A stretch of 46,777 nucleotides of DNA from Saprospiraceae bacterium (GCA_032115795.1 JAUMBK010000232.1:1-46777), one strand, 5' to 3'; positions 18,633 through 28,817 are shown, counted from the first letter of the stretch. Numbers and translations: made by a program. Notes: generated by a model from the letters alone, not told the origin.

Positions 18633-18947
18633 ATGTATAAAAAAGTCGCATCCATTCTCTTATTAGGATTGTTCCTTGTTTCCACTGCCATTGTGAGTAT
18701 GGCCTGGAAGGAGATGGGTTTAAGTCTGGTTCTCCTTGAAGAAGTCAAAGAAAACTCGACTTCAGAAGAGGAAACAGAAGAAGTAAATCTCGCTTTTTAC
18801 TTAAACAAGTCACTTGTTTCGGATCGCTTTAACATTTCTAAAGTTGCTTTATCGCTCCAATTTTATTATTCGAGCCCATTTTATTACGATGGTTCGTTTG
18901 TAAGTGATCCTTTTAGCCCTCCGGAAGAAACCCCAACGCATTCATAA
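18633..18947 (+). CDS. Hypothetical small membrane/secreted protein with acidic cluster, upstream of SulP-1
   Basis: 104 aa with an N-terminal hydrophobic segment and the acidic stretch SEEETEEVNLAF. Coding status is uncertain. Confidence 0.35.
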   Translation: MYKKVASILLLGLFLVSTAIVSMAWKEMGLSLVLLEEVKENSTSEEETEEVNLAFYLNKSLVSDRFNISKVALSLQFYYSSPFYYDGSFVSDPFSPPEETPTHS

Positions 18948-19095
18948 AGTAGTTCTTTTATTCATTGTAAGAGCTGTTTTTATAGATTTCTTTTTTGTTC
19001 ACACTTTGCGAGAGGGGGTACCATCTTTATGAAACTTTGCTTGCTCGGGTTTTCATAATTCCTATTCGTACTGCAAAGTATTAATCAATATAGTC

Positions 19096-20706
19096 ATGCG
19101 TGTAAAAACCCAATTTATACATGCCAAAGCGGATATATCTTCTGGTTTGGTGGTGTTTCTTGTTGCGCTTCCCTTGTGTTTGGGCATAGCTTTGGCTTCC
19201 GGAGCGCCTCTTTTTTCAGGAATTATTGCTGGAGTTGTTGGAGGCATTGTTGTTGGATTGTTCAGTGATTCGAATGTCAGTGTTTCGGGGCCGGCAGCGG
19301 GTTTGACGGCCATTGTACTGAGTGCGATTACTGAATTGGCCAGCTTTCCGGCCTTTCTTTTGGCCGTAGTTTTAGCGGGTCTTCTTCAGCTTTTCTTTGG
19401 TTGGGTGAAGGCCGGTACGATATCAAATTACTTTCCAAACAACGTGATTGAGGGAATGCTTGCCGGAATTGGTGTAATAATTTTTTTAAAACAGATTCCG
19501 CATGCCGTAGGGTATGACAAGGATGCGGAAGGAGATTTTGGATTTATTGAACAATCTGGTAGCAATACAATTTCCTCCCTTTTTTCGGCCCTGGAGAATA
19601 TCCAGCCAGGGGCAGTGATTATTACGATCCTTTCCCTTGCCATTCTTATAGCCTGGGAAAACATAGCGATATTCAAACGTCTTGCGTTTGTACCGGCAGC
19701 GTTGCTTTCGGTTGTATTTGGGATTCTATTAAACCAGCTTTTTATAGGGACCGGCTCGTCTTTGGCTGTGCAGGGGGATCACCTTGTAAATTTGCCCATA
19801 TTGGAACACGCAACTGATATTTCCACTATCCTCATTTTTCCTGATTGGGGCAGAATAGTTGATAGTGAAGTGTGGGTAATTGCGCTTACGATTGCGGTAG
19901 TTGCCTCTATTGAGACCTTGTTGTGTATTGAAGCGGGTGACAGGCTTGATCCAGAAAGACGGATTACAAATGCCAACAATGAATTGAGAGCGCAAGGGAT
20001 CGGCAACGTTTTGAGTGGTCTTATAGGTGGTTTGCCGATGACTTCGGTAGTTGTCAGAACAACGGCGAATATAAATGCAGGAGCGAAGACAAAAAATTCC
20101 ACAATTTTTCATGGTGTGTTACTTCTGGTATCGGTGTTATCCGTGCCTTACATCCTGAATCTGATTCCCTTGGCAACGTTGGCAGCAATTTTACTGCTGA
20201 TTGGCTATAAGCTGGCAAAGCCGTCCAAAGTACTTCACTTTTTTGCTCAGGGCAAGTATCAGTTTGTCCCATTTATAGCCACTTTACTGGCTGTCGTTTT
20301 TATTGATCTGCTGAAGGGTGTGGCAATAGGTATGGTTATCAGTTTTCTGTATGTATTATGGGGAAATACGAAGAGAGCGTATTTTTTCAGAAAGGAACAA
20401 TATGTTGATGGGGATGTCATACATCTGGACCTTACCCAGGAGGTGTCATTTCTGAATAAGGCGGCGATAAAGCAAACACTAGCACACTTACCGGACCATT
20501 GCCATGTCATTATAAATGCGTCTGATACATTCTATATTGCGCATGATATTCTTGACCTAATTCGTGAGTTCAGGGATATTCATGCTTTACGTAAAAATAT
20601 AAAACTGGAATTGGTTGGATTTAAGCAAGAATACCTGATTGAAAATACAATCGGGAAGGAAAATAGGGTTTGGATTGAATCTAAAGTTAATAAAACAATA
20701 AATTAA
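19096..20706 (+). CDS. SulP family inorganic anion transporter with C-terminal STAS domain (SulP-1)
   Basis: 536 aa with the SulP N-terminal signature (SGLVVFLVALPLCLGIALASGAP..GIIAGVVGGIVVG), about 11-12 TM segments and a C-terminal ~110 aa STAS-like domain. Confidence 0.9.
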   Translation: MRVKTQFIHAKADISSGLVVFLVALPLCLGIALASGAPLFSGIIAGVVGGIVVGLFSDSNVSVSGPAAGLTAIVLSAITELASFPAFLLAVVLAGLLQLFFGWVKAGTISNYFPNNVIEGMLAGIGVIIFLKQIPHAVGYDKDAEGDFGFIEQSGSNTISSLFSALENIQPGAVIITILSLAILIAWENIAIFKRLAFVPAALLSVVFGILLNQLFIGTGSSLAVQGDHLVNLPILEHATDISTILIFPDWGRIVDSEVWVIALTIAVVASIETLLCIEAGDRLDPERRITNANNELRAQGIGNVLSGLIGGLPMTSVVVRTTANINAGAKTKNSTIFHGVLLLVSVLSVPYILNLIPLATLAAILLLIGYKLAKPSKVLHFFAQGKYQFVPFIATLLAVVFIDLLKGVAIGMVISFLYVLWGNTKRAYFFRKEQYVDGDVIHLDLTQEVSFLNKAAIKQTLAHLPDHCHVIINASDTFYIAHDILDLIREFRDIHALRKNIKLELVGFKQEYLIENTIGKENRVWIESKVNKTIN

Positions 20707-20712
20707 AAGATC

Positions 20713-21363
20713 ATGAGTGAATTTTATCAGAAACTATTGGATAATAACCGAAAATGGGTAGAGGAGAAAATCAAGGAAGATGCTGATTTTTTCAGCAGGC
20801 TGTCCAAAGGTCAGAGTCCGCCATTGTTATGGATTGGGTGTGCTGATAGTCGGGTACCTGCCAATGAGATTACGGGGACTCAACCTGGAGAAGTGTTTGT
20901 ACACCGGAATATTGCCAACATGGTTATCCATACGGATATGAATATGCTGAGTGTGCTGGACTATGCTGTAAATGTACTGAAGGTCAGGCATGTGATTGTG
21001 TGTGGTCACTATGGCTGCGGAGGAGTGAAAGCGGCCATGTCAAACGGTCACTTTGGGTTGATAGACAACTGGATCAGACATATAAAAGATGTGTACAGAT
21101 TTCATCACCAGGAGCTGGATGGCATTCAGGATGAACAGGAAAGATTTGACAGGTTTGTGGAATTAAATGTCATTGAACAAGTGCATGATCTGGCAAAGAC
21201 GTCTATTGTCCAAAATGCCTGGGGTATTGGACAGAAGTTGTGGATTCACGGTTGGGTTTACTCAATACATGATGGATTGGTCAAGGATCTTGGCGTGAAT
21301 TTTGGGAATAACGATGAATTGCCTGATGTCTACAGGCTTGAAATGGGTTTTGGCAAGGGGTGA
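20713..21363 (+). CDS. can: Beta-class carbonic anhydrase (Can type)
   Basis: LWIGCADSRVPANEITG..GEVFVHRNIANMV..VIVCGHYGCGGV gives the Cys-Asp-Arg / His-x-x-Cys zinc site, close to E. coli Can. The start is 6 nt after the SulP-1 stop. Confidence 0.92.
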   Translation: MSEFYQKLLDNNRKWVEEKIKEDADFFSRLSKGQSPPLLWIGCADSRVPANEITGTQPGEVFVHRNIANMVIHTDMNMLSVLDYAVNVLKVRHVIVCGHYGCGGVKAAMSNGHFGLIDNWIRHIKDVYRFHHQELDGIQDEQERFDRFVELNVIEQVHDLAKTSIVQNAWGIGQKLWIHGWVYSIHDGLVKDLGVNFGNNDELPDVYRLEMGFGKG

Positions 21364-21400
21364 AAAAGAGGAGGGCTGGTACTGCCAGCCCTCCTCTTTT
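21364..21400. terminator. Bidirectional rho-independent terminator
   Basis: A perfect 16-bp inverted repeat, AAAAGAGGAGGGCTGG / CCAGCCCTCCTCTTTT, with the 5-nt loop TACTG. The arms begin with an A-run and end with a T-run. It sits between the convergent can and nhaD-like genes. Confidence 0.75.
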
Positions 21401-21409
21401 ATAGTAACC

Positions 21410-22816
21410 TTATTGATTTTGTGGAGTTTGCTGGTAGCCAGGTGTAGGCAGAGGTGTCGTTTCTAATGCTTCCATTCTGGCTTTACAATTGTCAACAGGG
21501 CAAGTTGCCGCTGGTTCTTTGTGTTTTTTGTTGTCAGCGGGTTCCCAGCCCATGGTCAGATAAAGGGCAAAGAAACCTATGACATAAGCCAAGATTACGT
21601 GCCACCCTTTGAGAATCCAATTTCTGACATTTCTGGCTTCAGTAAACTTATTTGTGATGGCTACGCCAGCGGACGAACCAAACCAGATCATGGAGCCTCC
21701 AAAGCCAACAGCATAAGCAAGAATGCCCCAGTCATAATGTCCTTGTTCGAGACATAATTTGGTGAGAGGAATGTTGTCAAACACGGCAGATACAAAGCCC
21801 AGCACAAATGCGGTCACCCAGGAAGCATTTGGCAGCGTTTCGACAGGCATAAGAGAGGCAGCAGTGACCAGGCATAAGAGAAAGATGGTTCCTTTCATGG
21901 ATGCAGGCACTTCTTCCCACGGCATTTTACTAAAGGTTGCGCCAACGAAAATAGCGACCCAAACGCCCAGTGCAGGCATATCATAGTAGATATTTGACAA
22001 AATAGCCCCCGCCAGAATGAGCAGAACAATGGCTATTTTTCCCCAGTCGATGGGTGTATTTGTATTGACTTCTGTCGAAATAGGCTGGTATTTGTCCTGT
22101 TGTTTTGATGCAAACCAGGCAATAATAAGTAAAGATACAATCGCAGCCACGTATGCGTGCAGCACGTTGAATGCGTCTACACCATCAATCCACATCATGG
22201 TCGTTGTTGTATCCCCAACAATACTTCCGGCGCCACCGGCATTTGATGCAGCAACGATTGCCGCTACATACCCAACATGCACTTTGTTTTTAAAAACCAC
22301 AAGGGCAACGGCTCCTCCAATCATGGCCGCGGCTATATTGTCGAGGAAAGAAGAAAGAACAAACACCAATACCAGCAATCCGGCAGCTCCTTTCCAGCCG
22401 GATGGCAGCAATTTAGGTAATTTTTCCGGTACTCCCGACTCCTCAAAAATTTTGGCCAGCATACCAAAACCGAGCAACAATCCCAGGAGGTTTACAAGAA
22501 TACTCCACTCTCCCTGTCGTAAATGTTTGTCCCTGAGCTGGTCAACCAGTGCGTTTTCACCAACAAAGTGTGAAGCAAAGGGATAGCCGTCAGTAAAAAA
22601 AAGCTTGTATAGAGTTATGGCTATCAAACCAGAAAGCGCCACCCAAAAGGTGTGCTCGTGGAAGACGGCAACAGCAATCAGCGTAAGAGCGAATAAAAAG
22701 AATTCTACCCGTATTCCGGCAATTTCCATGCCACCACTGTGAGCCGATGCCATCATTACCAGGGGACATAAGACAACCAATGCTGCCAGGATGCTATTTT
22801 TTATGAACCGAGACAT
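21410..22816 (-). CDS. NhaD-like Na+/H+ antiporter (ion transporter superfamily, ArsB/NhaD/citrate-transporter fold)
   Basis: 468 aa and polytopic. The motifs SSFLDNIAAAMIGG and SNAGGAGSIVGDTTTTMMW resemble the NhaD patterns FLDNLTT and GD.TT.M.W. Substrate is inferred only. Confidence 0.6.
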   Translation of the reverse strand: MSRFIKNSILAALVVLCPLVMMASAHSGGMEIAGIRVEFFLFALTLIAVAVFHEHTFWVALSGLIAITLYKLFFTDGYPFASHFVGENALVDQLRDKHLRQGEWSILVNLLGLLLGFGMLAKIFEESGVPEKLPKLLPSGWKGAAGLLVLVFVLSSFLDNIAAAMIGGAVALVVFKNKVHVGYVAAIVAASNAGGAGSIVGDTTTTMMWIDGVDAFNVLHAYVAAIVSLLIIAWFASKQQDKYQPISTEVNTNTPIDWGKIAIVLLILAGAILSNIYYDMPALGVWVAIFVGATFSKMPWEEVPASMKGTIFLLCLVTAASLMPVETLPNASWVTAFVLGFVSAVFDNIPLTKLCLEQGHYDWGILAYAVGFGGSMIWFGSSAGVAITNKFTEARNVRNWILKGWHVILAYVIGFFALYLTMGWEPADNKKHKEPAATCPVDNCKARMEALETTPLPTPGYQQTPQNQ

Positions 22817-23097
22817 TTTTCAGTATTTAATCGATCAAATATAATATTTAAAACAGTGTGACCAAGAAGGTAGCATTTTATTATTTCATGATATTTCTCA
22901 GCTAAAATGCTCATTACAAAGGGGATAGATCTCGAGGACTTTCGCATCAAAAGGAACAAGGTTCTCTTCTACGTCACCTTTGAACCTATTTGTTGCCTAA
23001 GTAAGAAAAGAAACGTTCCAGGGCTATTCCTATTCTTTCTTTGGAAAGAGAGGGAACGAACAGAAATCCCGTGGCTATATTTTTCATCGTAACGGAG

Positions 23098-24519
23098 TTA
23101 AAACAGATCGATAAATGCCTCTGGAAAGCATCCCATCGCGATCAGGAGTAAGGTTCCCAAAGCAAGCCAGCCGATGAAAAACGGATGGAAAGTCAATTTA
23201 GTTGCGTTTTGCTCGTCGGGTGTGGCGATGGAGGTTACTATTCTTACATAGTTGTATGCTCCAATCAGAGAAGAAAGGATGGCAACCAGAACCAGGGGAA
23301 TCAAATGGCTTTGCATGCTCAGGGAAAGAATGCCAAACTTACCCCAAAAACCAGCCAGCGGGGGTATTCCTGTAAAGGAGAGAAGGCAAACAATCATGGT
23401 GATGCCGGCAAGTTTGTGTTTATGCAGCAGTCCTTGGAGGCCGGACATTGTATCAATGCCTGTCAATTTTTTTAACTCGGCGTATAAGGTAAAGCAGAGA
23501 ATGGCAGCAACGCCATATCCGGCCATATAATACAACAGAGAGGAAAGGACATTTGGCTGATTGCTCAGTACCGGCAGCAGGATAAAACCGGCATTAAATA
23601 TCCCCGTGTAGGCTAAAAATCGTTTTAAATCGTTTTGCTGAAGCGCGACAATACTCCCAAAAAGCATGGAGGCAGCGGATGCCAAAACGAGCAACCAGAA
23701 CCAGGTCGTCTGGCTAAAGGCTATCTGGGAAACAACATTGGCCGAAGCCGGGATGCCTTCAAAGGAGATGGCCGCGGCAAGTTTGATCATCGCTCCGGCA
23801 ACGGCTACTTTTACGACCGTTGACACAAAGGCAGTCAGTACGGTGGGAGCCCCCTGGTATACATCAGGTGCCCAAAAATGAAAGGGTACTGCAGATAACT
23901 TAAACAACAGCGTGCCGAAAACCAGCGTGATTCCAGTCATGAACAGTGAGGACTGCATGCCCCCATTTGTAAGAAATAGGCGTAATTCGTTCAAATCAAA
24001 TGTGCCGGAAGCACCATAGATGAGGGTGATTCCAAGCAACATAAAGCAGGTTGCAAAAGACCCCATCAGGTAATATTTCAGGCCTGCTTCATTGGAAGAG
24101 AGATGTCTTCTGTGACTTGCTGCCAAAATATATAAAGGAATAGAAAGGATTTCTGCTCCAAGAAAAAGCATGACAAAATTCTGAAATGAAACCAGAAGAA
24201 TGCCGCCTGCCAGGGAAAACATGAATAAAGCATAAATGTCTGACAAATGCTCTACACCCGGGTTGTAATAATAATGGCTTAAAATCAAGATGCCAATGGT
24301 GAGAAAAACCATGACAAGGCTAAACGAGGTGGATAGTTTGTCAAAGGAAAGCATATTGTGCAGGACAGCACTGTAATCACCCAACCAGGGAAGTGTGATG
24401 CTCAGAATGGCGAGAAAACAAGCTGCCAGCACAACGGGAAGTCCCCACTGTTTTCGTTGGTGACTTCCAACTAACATGGCAATTATGCCGGATGAAGAAA
24501 GTATTATAAACGTATTCAT
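23098..24519 (-). CDS. nuoN: NADH-quinone oxidoreductase subunit N
   Basis: 473-aa polytopic ND2/NuoN-type antiporter-like subunit. It is the last gene of the nuo cluster, 14 nt after nuoM. Confidence 0.88.
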   Translation of the reverse strand: MNTFIILSSSGIIAMLVGSHQRKQWGLPVVLAACFLAILSITLPWLGDYSAVLHNMLSFDKLSTSFSLVMVFLTIGILILSHYYYNPGVEHLSDIYALFMFSLAGGILLVSFQNFVMLFLGAEILSIPLYILAASHRRHLSSNEAGLKYYLMGSFATCFMLLGITLIYGASGTFDLNELRLFLTNGGMQSSLFMTGITLVFGTLLFKLSAVPFHFWAPDVYQGAPTVLTAFVSTVVKVAVAGAMIKLAAAISFEGIPASANVVSQIAFSQTTWFWLLVLASAASMLFGSIVALQQNDLKRFLAYTGIFNAGFILLPVLSNQPNVLSSLLYYMAGYGVAAILCFTLYAELKKLTGIDTMSGLQGLLHKHKLAGITMIVCLLSFTGIPPLAGFWGKFGILSLSMQSHLIPLVLVAILSSLIGAYNYVRIVTSIATPDEQNATKLTFHPFFIGWLALGTLLLIAMGCFPEAFIDLF

Positions 24520-24533
24520 CTGTTCAGCCTGGA

Positions 24534-25985
24534 TTAGTTTGTATTAAGTATATTTTGAATCGGATTATCAATCCATTCCAGCAGCCTTTGTGGGAAAAGG
24601 CCTAAGAAAAGGATGAGAGTGGCTAAGGCCAGCATCAGTAGTTTGTCAGACAAACTCATTGGATTTTGAAAGGCACCATACTGGGTAAACTCAGGGTTGG
24701 CAGGTCCCAGCATAAGCAACTGGTACGCTTTGAGCATATAAACAGCACCCAAGATCATAGCCAGTCCTGCCAGGAAAGAAGACCATTCGTTCCAGTGAAA
24801 CAAGGAGGAAAGCAGCATCACTTCTCCAGGGAAACCGGCTGTGAAAGGGACGGAAATAAAGGAAAAGACAAAGAGCAGAAAGAGGCCTCCAAAAAAGGGA
24901 TCCATGTTGCGAACCCCTCCGAAATCGGCAAGGCCACCAGCCTTTTTCCATTTAGACAACAGGTGGACGCCCATTAAAAACGCAAGGGCGTTGATTGTGT
25001 GAGCCAGCATTTGCAAAACGGCCCCTTTCAATCCATCCGGGGAAGCAGTCAGAATTCCTGCCGCAATCAATCCTACGTGAGCCATGGAAGACCACGCAAA
25101 CAATTTTTTTATTTCGGTTTGTTTCAGAGCAATCACGGAGGCATAAACGATGCCAAAAACAGCCAACCACAAGAAAACCGGCCCTACAGACAACATTGCG
25201 TCCGGGACAATGGGAATCACCCATCTGACCATGCTGTATAAAGCCATTTTCAACATGACACCAGCCAGTAAGATAGTCAGAGGGATTGGTGCAGAAGAAT
25301 AGGTCTCCGCTTGCCAGGTATGGAACGGGAATATTGGAATTTTGACAGCATAGGCGACCATGAATGCCACAAAAACGGCTACTTGTGTTTCATGGGGAAG
25401 AGTAAGACCCATCATTTTTTCCAATCCAAATCCTATCGTGGGACCCGAGATGCCAAGCCAAATAATGGCGGCCAGCATAAATAAGCTGCCAGCGAGCGTA
25501 TATAAAAAGAATTTGAGTGTTGTTTTTTGAATTTTTCCATTGCCCCACAAAAGCAAAAGAAAAAAGGCGGGAATGAGTGACAATTCCCAAAAAACGTAGT
25601 AAACAAAAAGATCAATCGAAAGGAAGGCGCCATTCATCAATGCCTGCATGGCCAGAATTAAGGCAAAAACCAATTTTGGATTTCTTTCTTTGGGCACTTC
25701 TGTTAACAACACGCTTACAAAGGCAGCCAGGTTTGACAGAAGAAGCATAACCCAGGTAATGCTGTCCATTCCAAAATAGAACATAATCCCTGCGCTGCTC
25801 ATCCAGGCAGATTGAAAGACATGCTGCATTTCTGCAGTTGGTTTGAGCAGAAATCCTTCCAAAACCACCAGTATCATTGACAGAAATACAGAAGCCAAGG
25901 ATATCCTTCTTGCCCAATCCCTTGTACCAAGAGAAATGAACAGAGATGACAGAGCAGGCAATAGAATGGATAGTACGGACAGCAT
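24534..25985 (-). CDS. nuoM: NADH-quinone oxidoreductase subunit M
   Basis: 483-aa ND4/NuoM-type subunit. It contains a WELSLIP-type TM5 Glu region and lies 4 nt after nuoL. Confidence 0.88.
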   Translation of the reverse strand: MLSVLSILLPALSSLFISLGTRDWARRISLASVFLSMILVVLEGFLLKPTAEMQHVFQSAWMSSAGIMFYFGMDSITWVMLLLSNLAAFVSVLLTEVPKERNPKLVFALILAMQALMNGAFLSIDLFVYYVFWELSLIPAFFLLLLWGNGKIQKTTLKFFLYTLAGSLFMLAAIIWLGISGPTIGFGLEKMMGLTLPHETQVAVFVAFMVAYAVKIPIFPFHTWQAETYSSAPIPLTILLAGVMLKMALYSMVRWVIPIVPDAMLSVGPVFLWLAVFGIVYASVIALKQTEIKKLFAWSSMAHVGLIAAGILTASPDGLKGAVLQMLAHTINALAFLMGVHLLSKWKKAGGLADFGGVRNMDPFFGGLFLLFVFSFISVPFTAGFPGEVMLLSSLFHWNEWSSFLAGLAMILGAVYMLKAYQLLMLGPANPEFTQYGAFQNPMSLSDKLLMLALATLILFLGLFPQRLLEWIDNPIQNILNTN

Positions 25986-25989
25986 AAGA

Positions 25990-27933
25990 TTAGAGTAAAA
26001 TGAAGATAACTAAAATTCCAATCATTCCGAGGGCCATGGCAAACAGGTAATAACTGATGAACCCGTTCTGGGTTTCCTTCCATTTCGAACCCAGAAACAA
26101 GGATAAGCGACCAGTTCCTTCTACCAGACCGTCAATCCATTTGCGGTCTATGTACGAAAAAAGGAAATCAGATAACTTTTGGACAGGGTTGACAATAACA
26201 GCATGGTAAACTTCATCCACAAAGAATTTTCCCGCAAACATATATTGTAAACGATTGTTTTTCAGCGAATTATCTTCACAAGGGACGTGCTTTAACACAC
26301 TGTATTTGTTTCTTGCAAACAGGGTGACACCCAGCACACATAGTGTTGAGGTGCCCATAAGAACCCATTCTGTGGCATGGCTAACATGAGATACAGACAA
26401 GGGGATTACAGAAGACAAATACGTGCTAAGCCATTGATTGCCAAGGAACAGGGATGGAATATTCAATAATCCTCCGGCAACAGAAAATACAGCCAGTACC
26501 ACAAGGGGGACAGCCATTTCAGTGCCTGCATCATGGAGGGACTTTTCCTGTTGCTGGTCTAGACGAGAGTTGCCATGAAACATCACGAAATACAAGCGGA
26601 GCATGTACCAGACGGTGAGTAAGCCGGCGAACAGACCGAGTAGCCACCAAAGAGGACTCTTTTGGTATGCTGCCAGGAGGATGGCATCCTTTGAAAAGAA
26701 GCCGGAGAAGGGGGGCAGGGCAATAATGGCAAGTACACCTGCTAAAAACACCCATCTGGTGAGCTTTAGTTTTCCAGCCAGGCCTCCCATTCTGCGGATA
26801 TCCTGTTCACCATGCAATGCATGAATCACACTACCCGCTCCCAGGAAAAGCAGCGCCTTGAAAAAGGCGTGGGTCAATAAATGAAAGAATGCGGCATGAT
26901 ATGCCCCCAATCCGAGCGCAAAAAACATAAGTCCCAGCTGGCTAACAGTGGAATATGCCAGTATTTTTTTACAATCATGTTGTTTGAGGGCAACGAGACC
27001 ACCAAAGATGGAGGTGAGCAAGCCAGTTGCCATGATGATGTCCATTGTGGCGGGACTCAGCATAAACAGGGCATGGTTTCGCAATATAAGATAAATTCCC
27101 GCTGTAACCATGGTTGCTGCGTGAATCAGGGCACTGACAGGCGTGGGACCTGCCATGGCATCTGGCAGCCACGTGAATAAAGGTATTTGTGCACTTTTTC
27201 CAGTCGCACCCAGGAAAAGCAGTAGAGTAATAGCCAGAATCGTTCCTGGTGCCAGGGGCTCTGTTGTCAGGGCTACGGAGGAGTTTGGAATGACTGGCTG
27301 GCCAGAGGAGAAAAATTGATTGATCGATTCGAAGGTAAGGGTACCTGTGTGTTGAAATAACAGAAAAACACCCAATAAAAAAGCGAGGTCTCCAATACGG
27401 TTTACAATAAATGCTTTATTGGCTGCGGCATTGTAGGCATGGTTTTGATACCAGAATCCGATCAGCAGATAGGAACAAAGGCCTACACCCTCCCATCCTG
27501 CAAAAAGAAGTATGAAATTGTCAGCCATAATCAGGATGAGCATGAAGAAGACAAACAGGTTCAGGTAGGAGAAAAACCGCCTGATTTCTTTGTCGTTGTG
27601 CATATATCCGATAGAATACAAATGAATCAGTGTTCCGACGCCAGTGATGAGCATCATCATTATGGAAGACAGCGCATCGATCGTGAAGGCAAAATCAACC
27701 TGAAATGCGCCTGATTTGAGCCAGGTGTAGAGGTGCACGTGCTGCTTTCCCTCTTTTGGAATTTGCAAAAAAAGGGAAGCACTGAACAAAAATGAAACGA
27801 ACACCCAGAACGAGGCAATCCAGCCAGAAAAGCCCGGTTTTATCCATTTGCCAAAAAGAAAATGGATGAAAAACCCGAATAAAGGCAATGCGGGTATGAG
27901 TAAGGCGATCAATTGCGCAGGAGTATAATTCAC
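25990..27933 (-). CDS. nuoL: NADH-quinone oxidoreductase subunit L
   Basis: 647 aa with GWEGVGLCSY, GKSAQIPLFTWLPDAMAGPTPVSALIHAATMV and THAFFKALLFL. The C-terminus has FFVDEVYHAVIVNP, then a long amphipathic segment and a final TM helix (lateral-helix architecture). Confidence 0.92.
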   Translation of the reverse strand: MNYTPAQLIALLIPALPLFGFFIHFLFGKWIKPGFSGWIASFWVFVSFLFSASLFLQIPKEGKQHVHLYTWLKSGAFQVDFAFTIDALSSIMMMLITGVGTLIHLYSIGYMHNDKEIRRFFSYLNLFVFFMLILIMADNFILLFAGWEGVGLCSYLLIGFWYQNHAYNAAANKAFIVNRIGDLAFLLGVFLLFQHTGTLTFESINQFFSSGQPVIPNSSVALTTEPLAPGTILAITLLLFLGATGKSAQIPLFTWLPDAMAGPTPVSALIHAATMVTAGIYLILRNHALFMLSPATMDIIMATGLLTSIFGGLVALKQHDCKKILAYSTVSQLGLMFFALGLGAYHAAFFHLLTHAFFKALLFLGAGSVIHALHGEQDIRRMGGLAGKLKLTRWVFLAGVLAIIALPPFSGFFSKDAILLAAYQKSPLWWLLGLFAGLLTVWYMLRLYFVMFHGNSRLDQQQEKSLHDAGTEMAVPLVVLAVFSVAGGLLNIPSLFLGNQWLSTYLSSVIPLSVSHVSHATEWVLMGTSTLCVLGVTLFARNKYSVLKHVPCEDNSLKNNRLQYMFAGKFFVDEVYHAVIVNPVQKLSDFLFSYIDRKWIDGLVEGTGRLSLFLGSKWKETQNGFISYYLFAMALGMIGILVIFILL

Positions 27934-27967
27934 TTTTCCAATTACTTTTAGATTCTAAGAGAAACCA

Positions 27968-28306
27968 TTACCATTTTAATCGATTGAGTGCGTTGATATC
28001 CACCGTACGAATATTTCTGTAAATCATTACCAGCATGGCAAGACCAACGGCCACTTCGGCAGCTGCTACGACCATATTAAAGAAGACGAAAGCCTGTCCG
28101 GCAGGGTCGTTGTGGTACACTGAAAATGAAACTGCAAGCAAATTGACGGAATTCAGCATAAGTTCAATGCTGAGAAACACGATGATCATATTTCTTCTGA
28201 GCAAGACCCCTGCCATGCCGATGCAAAACAATGTTATGCAAAGAAAAACATAATGCTCCAGGGGAATCAGGCGCAACTGGTCTTTTAATTCTATGAATTC
28301 ATTCAT
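27968..28306 (-). CDS. nuoK: NADH-quinone oxidoreductase subunit K
   Basis: 112 aa with three TM helices and the LSIELMLNSVNL motif. Confidence 0.9.
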   Translation of the reverse strand: MNEFIELKDQLRLIPLEHYVFLCITLFCIGMAGVLLRRNMIIVFLSIELMLNSVNLLAVSFSVYHNDPAGQAFVFFNMVVAAAEVAVGLAMLVMIYRNIRTVDINALNRLKW

Positions 28307-28805
28307 TTTCCGCTTCTTTTTTATTGAAGATGACTACGCCCACCATTCCTGAAAGGAACAATACGCTAGTCACTTCAAAGGGAATTAAAAATTCGTTAAA
28401 CAGGACTTTGCCCAGCGTTTTCGCCAAACCGATATTCTGGTCAACAAGTTGAGGTGCCTGACCAAACGGGGTTGCCCAAAGTGCAGCAAATAGTACAAAT
28501 AAAAACAATAAGCCAGTGAAGACAGCGGCTACCATCACCAGCTTACTTTTTCTGATTGTGACAGGAGAGCTCATATTCAGAAACATGATCACATAGAGGA
28601 AAAGCACCATGATGGCGCCGGCATAAACGATGATATGCACGATTCCCAGAAACTGGGCATTCAGCATGACATACAGACCGGCGACAGCAAAAAAGCAAAC
28701 CAGTAAAAAGAGCACACTATACATGGCATTCTTATGGAAAATCATGAGCAAGCTGCTAATGATAGCCACAAAGGAAAGGGAATAGAAAGCGATTTCGGTC
28801 AGCAT
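28299..28805 (-). CDS. nuoJ: NADH-quinone oxidoreductase subunit J
   Basis: 168-aa ND6-like hydrophobic protein in the conserved position between nuoI and nuoK. It overlaps nuoK by 8 nt. Confidence 0.85.
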   Translation of the reverse strand: MLTEIAFYSLSFVAIISSLLMIFHKNAMYSVLFLLVCFFAVAGLYVMLNAQFLGIVHIIVYAGAIMVLFLYVIMFLNMSSPVTIRKSKLVMVAAVFTGLLFLFVLFAALWATPFGQAPQLVDQNIGLAKTLGKVLFNEFLIPFEVTSVLFLSGMVGVVIFNKKEAENE

Positions 28806-28817
28806 AGAAATATATTT

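Noticed and set aside
22907-23092. A 61-aa ORF in the 281-nt gap between the nhaD-like start and the nuoN stop, plus a possible small hairpin (TCTTTC-TTTG-GAAAGA) there.
   Set aside because: The ORF has no family resemblance and runs opposite to both flanking genes. The hairpin stem is only 6 bp and A/T-rich, so I do not call it a nuo terminator.
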